Shown here: one piece after another, positions 56,231 through 64,000 of the stretch
How positions within the stretch are numbered: the first letter of the stretch is position 1
Layout of the letters: every line of letters begins with the position of its first letter
Virus record (IMG/VR): IMGVR_UViG_3300002461_000323
Location: 32,001 to 96,000 of that record
Length of the DNA: 64,000 bases
Reading direction: 5' to 3' (one strand)
DNA from: a virus
Notes under the pieces: generated by a model
What the model was told of the DNA's origin: nothing
The model's input: only the letters and a program-made list of their open reading frames with translations
The model's database searches: none
Position numbers and translations under genes: made by a program

Positions 56231-56671
56231 GTGGCAATCACGATCAAGATAGTTCCGAGCGCAGCCGTGCAATCACTTGCAGCCGCCCAAGAGAAGGCAG
56301 CGGCAGCAGTCGCAACCCCGGTGGCAGTCTCTGCCCCGCCAGAGCCCGCCCCGATTGCCGTGGCCTCTGAGAAGGCGGCAGAAGCAGGAAGCACGTTTCT
56401 GGCAGCACTAGCGGGCAAGGCCGAGGCCCCGCTGCCCTGGGAGGCCGATGAGTCGTACACGATCATGGAGGCGCTGAAAGAGCACTTCGATCGCTCACGC
56501 AAGGGTGAGACCCTGTATCTGCGCAACCGTACGACCGGTCAGATGTTCTTGGTCAAGGGCTACAACTCTGATGACGGCCGAGCCCTGCTGGAGAGCCCGG
56601 AAAAGGCTACACTCAAGCCCGTGATCACGAAGCGCGAGGTCCCGCTCTACGAGCCGTTCTGGAGGTCTTGA
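56231..56671 (+). CDS. Hypothetical protein
   Basis: GTG start after AAGGAG; Ala/Pro-rich N-terminus and globular C-terminus. Confidence 0.55.
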   Translation: MAITIKIVPSAAVQSLAAAQEKAAAAVATPVAVSAPPEPAPIAVASEKAAEAGSTFLAALAGKAEAPLPWEADESYTIMEALKEHFDRSRKGETLYLRNRTTGQMFLVKGYNSDDGRALLESPEKATLKPVITKREVPLYEPFWRS

Positions 56672-56732
56672 CCAACCGCTGTACATGGGTGTGATCCCCG
56701 GCGATAATCAGACTTTAGTCAAGGCCCGACAA

Positions 56733-57536
56733 ATGGCAATCACGGTGAAATACTCGGAGACCGCAGAATCTCCAGAGCCACAGATCAAGCGTCAGAAGTC
56801 CACCCGGGGCCGTCCTCCGGGCGTGGTCGAGACCGCTCCGCGTAAACCGCGCACCGCCCAGAGCGCCCGTCTGCGCCAGTTCAAAGAGAACGCGAAGCTC
56901 CCAGAGGTGGCGGCTAAGATCGTGGAGAAGGTCGAAGAAACCGCTGGCATGACCGACGACCAACTGTTGGAGCGTGCACGGACTGTCCCGGACGCACGTG
57001 GCGGGTACAACAAGGGCGTGCAGTCGATAACCGATGAGAAGGCCGAGCGGATTGCCCTGGCCTACCGGCTGATGATCCGTGGCCTGACAGTCGATCAGGT
57101 GGCAGAGCAGATGGACGTCTCGGTGGCGACTGCCAAGAGCTACCTTGAGGACGTACGCAAGGCCCTGCGGCTTGACCCAAAGAACCTGGACGTCGGTTAC
57201 TACATGGGCGAGAGCTTGAGCTTCTACCAGGAGATCAGGCAGATGGCGCTGCTGCAGGCCAGCCACGGCAAGAACAGCGTGAACGAGAAGATCAATGCCA
57301 TGCGCGTTGCGTTGGAAGCCGAAGAGCGCAAGAACCAGTTCCTGCAGAAGATCGGCGTGTACAGCCCGACCGTGATCGAGCGGATCGAGCGCTGGATGGT
57401 CGCGGGCACCGAGAAGCAGATCGATGAGAGCCCGACCCAGAGCAAGCGCGTGAACCTCGCGGCTGAGATCGGCCGACTGCTTGCAGGCCAGTCCCGCCCG
57501 CTGGAGTCCGGTGGCCCTGAGCCTGTGGGCGGCTGA
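56733..57536 (+). CDS. Terminase small subunit (HTH)
   Basis: RGLTVDQVAEQMDVSVATAKSYL HTH; directly upstream of TerL. Confidence 0.65.
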   Translation: MAITVKYSETAESPEPQIKRQKSTRGRPPGVVETAPRKPRTAQSARLRQFKENAKLPEVAAKIVEKVEETAGMTDDQLLERARTVPDARGGYNKGVQSITDEKAERIALAYRLMIRGLTVDQVAEQMDVSVATAKSYLEDVRKALRLDPKNLDVGYYMGESLSFYQEIRQMALLQASHGKNSVNEKINAMRVALEAEERKNQFLQKIGVYSPTVIERIERWMVAGTEKQIDESPTQSKRVNLAAEIGRLLAGQSRPLESGGPEPVGG

Positions 57537-57538
57537 TC

Positions 57539-59428
57539 GTGCAATCGATTGCAGCCGACGGCCTCGAAGGCCTCGACCCGTTGCACGTGCTCGAACTGGC
57601 AAAGCACAAGCCGGACGTCCTGCTGCAGTGGCTCTACCAGAACCTTGAGAACCCTCCGGAGAAGCTGGACGAGCAGTGGATTCAGGCGATCCATCGTGGC
57701 GGTCGCCGGTCAACTGGACTGCACATCGACCAGGAGTTCACGCTGGCGATGCAACTCAGCCGGTACCCAGTGGACATCGAGACCTTCCTGTTCGGACGCC
57801 ACTACCTGCAGAAAGAGCGCCGGGAAATCTACCCGGAAGTCCTGCAGGAACTGAAGAACATCAACAACCCGAGCGGCCTGCGGATCATCAACCCGTACAC
57901 CGAGGGCGTGTTCACAGGCGGCATCGGCTCAGCCAAGAGTACGACCGCGCTGTACACCAACGCCTACCAGTTGTACGTGCTCAGTTGCTTCGAGAGCCCG
58001 CACGCGACGTTCGGCCTGGACACGGCATCCGAGATCGTGTTCGCGTTCCTGGCGGTTGCCGGTAATGCCGCAGACACCGATTACAGCCGGTTCTACCAGA
58101 TGCTCAAGGAGAGCCCGTACTTCAACCTGGAGTTTCCGTACAACCGCCGTCTTGAGTCGGAGATGCACTTCCCGCACCGCATACAGGTGGTCCCGCAGAT
58201 CAACACCATCGGCCAGAACGTGATGGGTGGGCTGATCGACGAGGTGAACTTCGGTCAGGTGATCCAGAACTCCAAGCGCTCGATCGACGGCGGCACCTAC
58301 GACCAGACGCTGACCGTCTACAACGGCCTGGCTCGACGCAGGAAATCCCGGTTCTTGGGGCAGGGCACGATGCCCGGCATCCTCTGTCTGGTGTCGTCCA
58401 AGCGGTACCCTGGCGAGTTCACGGACAAGAAGCTGGAGGAGGCACGGACTGACCCCAGCATCTACGTGTACGACAAGCGGGTGTGGGACGTGAAGCCCGA
58501 GGGCACGTACAGCGGCAAGCGCTTCAAAGTGTTTCCAGGGTCGGTTCAGCGCAAGCCCGTGGTGATCACGCCCGAGATCGAGATCGAGTTGTCGGTCGAG
58601 GAGAAGGCGGCGCTGATCGAGGTGCCCATCGAGTACCGCAAGGAATTCACGGATGACATGATCGGCTCGCTCCGGGACATCGCGGGCGTGAGCACGATCG
58701 CCAGACACCCGTACTTCCAGAACGTGAACGCGGTGAGCGGGTGCTTCGGCCAGCGCCAGTCGATCCTGAACCTGGAGGCCACGGACTTCGAGACCAGCCA
58801 GCTTCAGTTCTTCGCCAAACGCATCCGCCACCCGCAGCTACCCCGTTGGGCGCACATCGACTTGGGCGTGACCTCCGACAGCGCAGGCATCGCCTGTGGG
58901 TATGTCCCGCAGTTTGTGCTCAGCCCGGACGAGATCGGGATGATGCCGCAGGTTGAATTCGACTTCATTCTGCGGGCAACCCCGCCGCTGAACGGCGAGA
59001 TCAAGTTCTACAAGATCAGGAAGATGTTGATGGCCCTGCGCGAGGCCGGGATGAACATCAAGTGGGTGTCGTTCGACGCCTTCCAGTCTGTTGACAGCAT
59101 CCAGATTCTGCGGAACGCCGGATTCTCCACCGGCAGGCAGTCGGTTGACCAGAACGCGGGCTTCTACGGGGTGCTGAAAACCGCGATGTACGCGAACCGC
59201 GTGAAGGCCCCGCAGCACACCGTCTGCCAGACAGAGATTTTGCGCTTGGAGCGGGACACGCGCACTGGTAAGATCGACCACCCACCAGACGGCTCCAAGG
59301 ATTGTTCTGACGCAATGGCGGGTGTGGTCTACGGTCTGACCATGCGCAGAGAGATTTGGAGCATGCACAATGTCCCATTCAACCAGATTTATCAATCGGT
59401 CAAGGAAGTACAGGTGAAAACAGAATGA
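57539..59428 (+). CDS. terL: Terminase large subunit
   Basis: GGIGSAKST Walker A, LIDEVN Walker B, LVSS, WAHIDLG and KIDHPPDGSKDCSDA nuclease motifs. Confidence 0.88.
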   Translation: MQSIAADGLEGLDPLHVLELAKHKPDVLLQWLYQNLENPPEKLDEQWIQAIHRGGRRSTGLHIDQEFTLAMQLSRYPVDIETFLFGRHYLQKERREIYPEVLQELKNINNPSGLRIINPYTEGVFTGGIGSAKSTTALYTNAYQLYVLSCFESPHATFGLDTASEIVFAFLAVAGNAADTDYSRFYQMLKESPYFNLEFPYNRRLESEMHFPHRIQVVPQINTIGQNVMGGLIDEVNFGQVIQNSKRSIDGGTYDQTLTVYNGLARRRKSRFLGQGTMPGILCLVSSKRYPGEFTDKKLEEARTDPSIYVYDKRVWDVKPEGTYSGKRFKVFPGSVQRKPVVITPEIEIELSVEEKAALIEVPIEYRKEFTDDMIGSLRDIAGVSTIARHPYFQNVNAVSGCFGQRQSILNLEATDFETSQLQFFAKRIRHPQLPRWAHIDLGVTSDSAGIACGYVPQFVLSPDEIGMMPQVEFDFILRATPPLNGEIKFYKIRKMLMALREAGMNIKWVSFDAFQSVDSIQILRNAGFSTGRQSVDQNAGFYGVLKTAMYANRVKAPQHTVCQTEILRLERDTRTGKIDHPPDGSKDCSDAMAGVVYGLTMRREIWSMHNVPFNQIYQSVKEVQVKTE

Positions 59429-60630
59429 GCGAAGAGCAATCAATTGCAGCCACGGACGAACTCCCGCCAGCGCCGGTCGTCCCCGTTGATCTCGAAGAAG
59501 GCAAGGTCTACAACCAGACTCCGCGCTTCATGCACATGCGCCACCTGGAGTGGAACGTGGTCGAGGCCGCGAAAGCCCGAATCCGCTGGTGCATCAGCAA
59601 CTTCGATGACGTCTGGGTCAGCTTCTCTGGCGGCAAAGACTCGCTGGTGGTGCTGAAGTTGGTCGAGCAGGTGTACGAAGAACTCGGGATCACCGAGAAG
59701 ATCAAGGTCAAGTTCATGGACGAAGAACTCGTCTGCGACGACATCATTGACTTCGTGTTCGAGGTCGCTGAGAGCGGCAAGTACGACTTCCACTGGTACG
59801 CTCTGCAGATGTACGTGGGCTTCTACGTGATGGGCAAGCACAAGCCCTTCGTCTCCTGGGACCCTGAGCGCAAGTGGCACCGCCAGCCGCCTGATCGCCC
59901 GTACGTGATCTACGATGTGGGCCACCCCACGCGTGACGAGAACGAGAACTCGATCTCCAAGTTCATGTACAAGGACACCAGCCGTCGCACGGTCGAACTC
60001 CTGGGCCTGCGGGCAGACGAGAGCATGAAGCGGTACCTGTCGGTGAAGGCCGGTGGCATCAGCGCTCCCAACTACCTGAGCAACGGCATGATCCCGCACA
60101 TCTACGCGGGCAAGCCGATCTACGACTTCACTGAGACCGACATCTTCAAGTTCTTCAAGGACCACGGCATCAAGTACTGCCCGTTCTACGATGTGCAGGT
60201 GTGGTCGAAGTCCCCGCTGCGTGTGGCCTCGACCATGCACGAGCGCGGTCAGGCGCAGTTCTTCAAGATGAAGGAACTGGCTCCCAAGTACTACGAGCAG
60301 CTTCGCCAGTTGTACCCGGAAGTCGAGACCCACTACCGCTACGGCCAGGAAATGGCTGTCGGCCAGGAAATGGAACTCTACCCGCACTCCTGGGAAGGCA
60401 TCCGCCAGTACATCGCCGACAAGATCGATCCCGGCCACAAGGCTGAGGCTCTGGAGTTCGTCAAGCGCTACGAGATCAAGCGGATCGGCCAACTCCGGGA
60501 CAACCCGGGCAAGCCGTTGGGCGGCGTGAGCATGCTCAAGGTCTTCCGCCAGGTCATGAACGGCCGGTTCGTGAAGTCGGCCACGCTGTTGCATGAGATC
60601 ACTCAAGCGGACATCGACTATGAACAATAA
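59425..60630 (+). CDS. PAPS-reductase-family PP-loop protein (IbrA/YbdN-like)
   Basis: NVVEAAKARI..VWVSFSGGKDS, FMDEE, LLGLRADES..RY, KPIYDF..DI motifs. Confidence 0.85.
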   Translation: MSEEQSIAATDELPPAPVVPVDLEEGKVYNQTPRFMHMRHLEWNVVEAAKARIRWCISNFDDVWVSFSGGKDSLVVLKLVEQVYEELGITEKIKVKFMDEELVCDDIIDFVFEVAESGKYDFHWYALQMYVGFYVMGKHKPFVSWDPERKWHRQPPDRPYVIYDVGHPTRDENENSISKFMYKDTSRRTVELLGLRADESMKRYLSVKAGGISAPNYLSNGMIPHIYAGKPIYDFTETDIFKFFKDHGIKYCPFYDVQVWSKSPLRVASTMHERGQAQFFKMKELAPKYYEQLRQLYPEVETHYRYGQEMAVGQEMELYPHSWEGIRQYIADKIDPGHKAEALEFVKRYEIKRIGQLRDNPGKPLGGVSMLKVFRQVMNGRFVKSATLLHEITQADIDYEQ

Positions 60631-61045
60631 CCTGATCAAGGGCGACTTCCTCATCCGGTGCCTGAAGGGCTTGGACTTCAAGCCGTCCACCGAGTTGAAG
60701 GCCACGCCCGGGGTGACCTGGGACAATGACGAGAACCACGTGTGGTACGTCGCGTTCTTCGAAGACCGGATGGTCGCCTGCTGTGGCATGTTCGTGAAGA
60801 ACCGGGTGGCCCGCTTCAAGACGGACGTCGTGCTCCCGGAGTTCCGTGGGCAGGGCCTGTACCGCATGCTCTTCGACATGCGCCAGGCCTATGCAATCAA
60901 TTGCAGCGACAGCGTGACCACGTTCTCGAACGAGCAGTCCCGGCATATGTACGTGAAGAATGGGTTCACGGCCAAGGGCACGGAGACCGACCGGAAGGTC
61001 CTGTACATGGGCAAGACTTTTGACAAACCCGTGAAACAGTGGTAA
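60620..61045 (+). CDS. GNAT-family acetyltransferase
   Basis: VLPEFRGQGLY (motif A) and MYVKNGF (motif B). Confidence 0.85.
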   Translation: MNNNLIKGDFLIRCLKGLDFKPSTELKATPGVTWDNDENHVWYVAFFEDRMVACCGMFVKNRVARFKTDVVLPEFRGQGLYRMLFDMRQAYAINCSDSVTTFSNEQSRHMYVKNGFTAKGTETDRKVLYMGKTFDKPVKQW

Positions 61046-61048
61046 AAT
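61020..61048 (+). promoter_or_regulatory. Sigma70-type promoter
   Basis: TTGACA-N17-TAAAAT. Confidence 0.8.
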
Positions 61049-61072
61049 GGGGACAGCAAAGGAGTGCTGTTC

Positions 61073-61657
61073 ATGTCCCAATTCACCCAGCAAATGATCA
61101 ATAAATCGTATAACGGATGGTCCTCAGAAATCAGGACCGTCAGGGGCACACTGTTCTACAATCTCGTCCGCAAGGGCGTACTCCCCCGGGCCAAGGCCTG
61201 TGAACTCTGCGGCAGCACCCAGGGCCTGACCTTCCACGCGGAGGAGTACGGGAGCACCTGGTCCGACTACCTTCAGTCCTGCCACGCGCTCTGCTGCTAC
61301 TGCCACGCGACAGTCCACGTGCGGCATCGGTACCCCAACCGGTGGTCGCGGTTCGTTCAGCGGGCGATCTCCGGGGAAATGCCGGAGTTTCCGTACACGA
61401 GCATGAGCGAGGTCTACGGTGCGTACCGCACGATCAAGGACCTGGACGAGCCCGTACCCGCCCCTGCCGGAGACCACTGGTTGCTGAAGCTCCCGGTCAT
61501 GGGTTATGATGGCATTCCGAAAGTCGCTCTGGCCGAGGAACTTCAGGGTCTCGTGCCGGATTTCAAAATCTACCCCGGGGACCTGCAGACGCTCTCGGGC
61601 ATGCGGTACGAAGCGACAACCGCCACCCTCACCCCATACGAATGGAGTCTCCCTTGA
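61073..61657 (+). CDS. HNH-like zinc-finger protein
   Basis: CELCG..FHAEEY..LCCYCHATVH. Confidence 0.65.
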   Translation: MSQFTQQMINKSYNGWSSEIRTVRGTLFYNLVRKGVLPRAKACELCGSTQGLTFHAEEYGSTWSDYLQSCHALCCYCHATVHVRHRYPNRWSRFVQRAISGEMPEFPYTSMSEVYGAYRTIKDLDEPVPAPAGDHWLLKLPVMGYDGIPKVALAEELQGLVPDFKIYPGDLQTLSGMRYEATTATLTPYEWSLP

Positions 61658-62226
61658 AGCACCCGATCGAGAACTTTCAGTGGTTGGACGTCAACCTGCT
61701 GGAGAGCAACGACTACAACCCCAACCACGTGCAAGACACGGAAATGAAGCTGTTGTCTCTGTCGCTGCTCAAGCAGGGCTGGATTCAGCCGATCTTGGTC
61801 TGGAAGAAGCCTGACGGTAGCGGAAAGTACGTGATCATCGACGGCTTCCACCGCTACTCGGTCACCCGTACGGACAAGCGCGTGTGGGCGATGACCGACG
61901 GTAAGGTCCCGGCTGTGACCATGGACATGACCGAGGCCGAGCGCAAGCTGCTGACCATCCGGATCAACCGCGCCAAGGGTACGCATGCGGCGTTCAAGAT
62001 GCACGAGATCGTCACCTCGTGTGTGCGAGACCACGGCATGAGCATCCAGCAGGTGTGCCAGGAGATTGGTGCAGACGCCGACGAAGTCCAGACCCTGCTG
62101 GCCGCTGATGTGTTCGAGAAGAAGCAGGTGGACAAATTCAACTACAGCCGCTCGTGGGTTCCTCCGCACGCCAAGGTCTGGGGCATGGACCCTCAGCCCG
62201 TGGAAGAGCAGACCCAAGCACGCTGA
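61642..62226 (+). CDS. ParB/Srx-domain protein (IbrB/YbdM-like)
   Basis: NDYNPNHV..EMKLL..GWIQPILV..IIDGFHR..TIRINRAKGTH. Confidence 0.88.
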   Translation: MESPLKHPIENFQWLDVNLLESNDYNPNHVQDTEMKLLSLSLLKQGWIQPILVWKKPDGSGKYVIIDGFHRYSVTRTDKRVWAMTDGKVPAVTMDMTEAERKLLTIRINRAKGTHAAFKMHEIVTSCVRDHGMSIQQVCQEIGADADEVQTLLAADVFEKKQVDKFNYSRSWVPPHAKVWGMDPQPVEEQTQAR

Positions 62227-62238
62227 TCCGGAGCACCT

Positions 62239-62763
62239 ATGACCGAGCCGACCAAGCCCACCAAGGCGTACAGCGTTCAGTTCCTGAACCCGCAGACGCT
62301 CCACCCGTACTACCGGAACAACAAGGCGCACAACAAGCGGCAGATCACCCTGCTGGCCCGCGTCCTCCGCACCCACGGCTTCGATCAGCCGATCGTCGTG
62401 GACAAGGACTTGGTGATCATCAAAGGCCACGGACGCTGGCAGGCTGCGCTCGAAGCCAAGTACACGATGATCCCGGTGGTCATCCGCGATGATCTGGAAG
62501 AGTGGGAAGTCCAGGCCAGCCGGATCGCCGACAACCAGGCGTTCGCGATCTCCGAGATCGACGGAGAGAAGTCCCGGGCCGAGGTCGATGCGTACGTCAA
62601 GGAAGGCGGCGTGGGTGCTGAGTTCTACTTCGACTTCCTGCGCCCCCCGACCAAGAAGAGCGAGACCCCAGCCTCGTCCATCCATCAGGTGTCCGCCCAC
62701 GAGAGCGTGGCTGGCAAGCTGGTGACCTGCCCCAAGTGCAACCACACGCAGATGGAACTCTGA
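62239..62763 (+). CDS. ParB N-terminal-domain protein with C-terminal CxxC
   Basis: LHPYYRNNKAH, GFDQPIVVD, IIKGHGRW, RIADN, CPKCNH. Confidence 0.85.
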   Translation: MTEPTKPTKAYSVQFLNPQTLHPYYRNNKAHNKRQITLLARVLRTHGFDQPIVVDKDLVIIKGHGRWQAALEAKYTMIPVVIRDDLEEWEVQASRIADNQAFAISEIDGEKSRAEVDAYVKEGGVGAEFYFDFLRPPTKKSETPASSIHQVSAHESVAGKLVTCPKCNHTQMEL

Positions 62764-62764
62764 C

Positions 62765-63229
62765 ATGAACATCCAGTTGCTCGATCCGAAGACGCTCGTC
62801 CACTACGAGCGCAACTCCAAGAAGCACCCGACCGAGCAGGTCGAGGCGATTGCGATGTCGATCAAGAGCTTCGGCTTCGACCAGCCGATCGTTGTTGATG
62901 CGAACCTCGTGATCATCAAAGGCCATGGCCGCTGCTTGGCGGCTATCAGCCTGGGCATGCCCGAAGTCCCGGTGGTCATCCGCGACGACGTGAGCGACAA
63001 CGACGCCCGGTTCCTGCGCGAGGTCGATAACCAGATTCAGTCGGCGGAGTGGGACCGCGAGAACCTGGCCTCCGAGTTGAACGAACTGCGCTTGGCCGGT
63101 CGTCTGGAGTTCACGCTGTTCACCGAGGACAAGATTCCGGTGCTCCCGCAGATGAACATCACGGTCAAGGCCCAGCCGTTCGACCTCACGACCCAGCACA
63201 CCTGCAACTCCTGCAGCTACAAGTGGTGA
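62765..63229 (+). CDS. ParB N-terminal-domain protein with C-terminal CxxC (paralog)
   Basis: YERNSKKH, GFDQPIVVD, IIKGHGRC, VDN, CNSCSYKW. Confidence 0.85.
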   Translation: MNIQLLDPKTLVHYERNSKKHPTEQVEAIAMSIKSFGFDQPIVVDANLVIIKGHGRCLAAISLGMPEVPVVIRDDVSDNDARFLREVDNQIQSAEWDRENLASELNELRLAGRLEFTLFTEDKIPVLPQMNITVKAQPFDLTTQHTCNSCSYKW

Positions 63230-63234
63230 ACCCC

Positions 63235-63960
63235 ATGAGCAAAACAGTTCTCGTGAGCACGGTCGCTGATCGTCGTGCAATTGATTGCGCGGAAGTCCTG
63301 TCGTGCGAGCAGTTCATCAAGCGTGAAGAAGCTGGCGGGACCGTGCTGATCGAGCCGACGTTCCTGGACTTCCGGGGCGCTGGCAACAGCCAACTCGGCT
63401 ACCCGTTCATGGCCGTCGGCCACGCGCAGACCCGGTACGACCGGATTGGCGTGTTCCTCTACTACACGATGGAGAACGCACGCCAGTTCAAAGGCTACGT
63501 GCTGGACCTGCGGGCCAAGCTGGAGTCCACGCACAGCCACCTGGAGGTGATGACGCTCCCGCTCGTGACCTGTGGCGTGCCGATCTCCGGTACCACGCTG
63601 GTGATCAAGGCCAGCAAGGGTCCGTGGGAGCCCGCGCTGAAGACCGAGCCGGTCATGCCCGACAAATACTTCCCGGGCATGCTCGCGCACGTGCTCCGCA
63701 ACCGCCCGAACTTCCCGATCAACGTCAGCAGCCGATTCATCGGCGCGGTCCGGTCCGACCTGAACCTGCTGCCACCGCTGAACGCTTGGTCAGGCCGGTC
63801 GCTGATGGTCGAGTACCAGCGCGAGCGCACGACCGAGATCACGAGGATGACGCCCGAGCACGTCGGCCAGTTGTTTGGCGTGAAGCCTGCGCCGTACACC
63901 GACGACCTGGCGATGATCCTGCCGCACGGCGTGGTCGAGGCATTCTCCAACGCAGAGTGA
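63235..63960 (+). CDS. Degenerate DNA cytosine-C5 methyltransferase-like protein
   Basis: Motif order PTFLDFRGAG (IV), MENA (VI), CGVPISG (VIII), RMTPEHVGQLFG (IX); catalytic Cys and motif I absent. Confidence 0.5.
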   Translation: MSKTVLVSTVADRRAIDCAEVLSCEQFIKREEAGGTVLIEPTFLDFRGAGNSQLGYPFMAVGHAQTRYDRIGVFLYYTMENARQFKGYVLDLRAKLESTHSHLEVMTLPLVTCGVPISGTTLVIKASKGPWEPALKTEPVMPDKYFPGMLAHVLRNRPNFPINVSSRFIGAVRSDLNLLPPLNAWSGRSLMVEYQRERTTEITRMTPEHVGQLFGVKPAPYTDDLAMILPHGVVEAFSNAE

Positions 63961-63978
63961 AGAAAGACGCGAAAGGCG

Positions 63979-64000
63979 TTGACAAACTACCCGGGGTGAG
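63979..64000 (+). promoter_or_regulatory. Sigma70-type promoter, -35 part (truncated by the window)
   Basis: TTGACAAAC, identical to the other early promoters. Confidence 0.55.

Larger units (their letters stand above)
739..63289. repeat. Dispersed 14-bp palindrome TGCAATYRATTGCA (about 31 copies)
   Basis: Exact copies start at 739, 3145, 5570, 10587, 14921, 18809, 21135, 25288, 27598, 30603, 34979, 40477, 48834, 57540, 60892. One mismatch: 14483, 18644, 29577, 32706, 37928, 45872, 50838, 54504, 56268, 59435, 63276. Two mismatches: 6568, 34701, 41628, 42773, 53303. Confidence 0.95.

Noticed and set aside
59425-60630. Complete Dnd/Ssp phosphorothioation system or a true sulfate-assimilation CysH
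   Set aside because: No DndA/B/D/E or Ssp partners in view; the sequence and the adjacent IbrB-like gene fit the IbrA/YbdN subfamily better.
739-63289. Palindrome copies as a CRISPR array, REP elements or insertion-sequence ends
   Set aside because: The copies are 14 bp, kilobases apart, embedded in-frame in genes, with no spacers, transposase or target duplications. The Cas4-like gene is a common stand-alone phage nuclease.

Overview
This window is about 64 kb of a GC-rich tailed dsDNA phage with a long non-contractile (siphovirus-like) tail. The host is probably a Gram-negative proteobacterium, judging from the Rz/Rz1 spanins and near-consensus sigma70 promoters. Essentially all credible genes are on the + strand. 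Gene order: head-tail joining genes, tail tube, frameshifted tail chaperone and tape measure (1-7.2 kb); an elaborate tail-tip/fibre region with several paralog families (7.2-31 kb); lysis cassette (31-34.6 kb); early genes behind TTGACAAAC promoters (34.6-41.9 kb); replication/recombination genes (41.9-55.4 kb: initiator with internal iteron origin, DnaC-like, DnaB, primase, SSB, SF2 helicase, RecA, nucleases, RuvC, MazG); a pair of predicted structured RNAs (55.4-56.2 kb); terminase; and a PAPS-reductase/GNAT/HNH/3xParB/degenerate C5-methyltransferase cluster (59.4-64 kb). I saw no portal, capsid, DNA polymerase, integrase, tRNA or CRISPR array. The most striking unexplained signal is a 14-bp palindrome, TGCAATYRATTGCA. 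It occurs about 31 times (15 exact) at roughly 2-kb intervals across the whole window, mostly inside genes and in all three reading frames, and also next to several promoters. All protein family calls are by eye from motifs and synteny; no searches were run.
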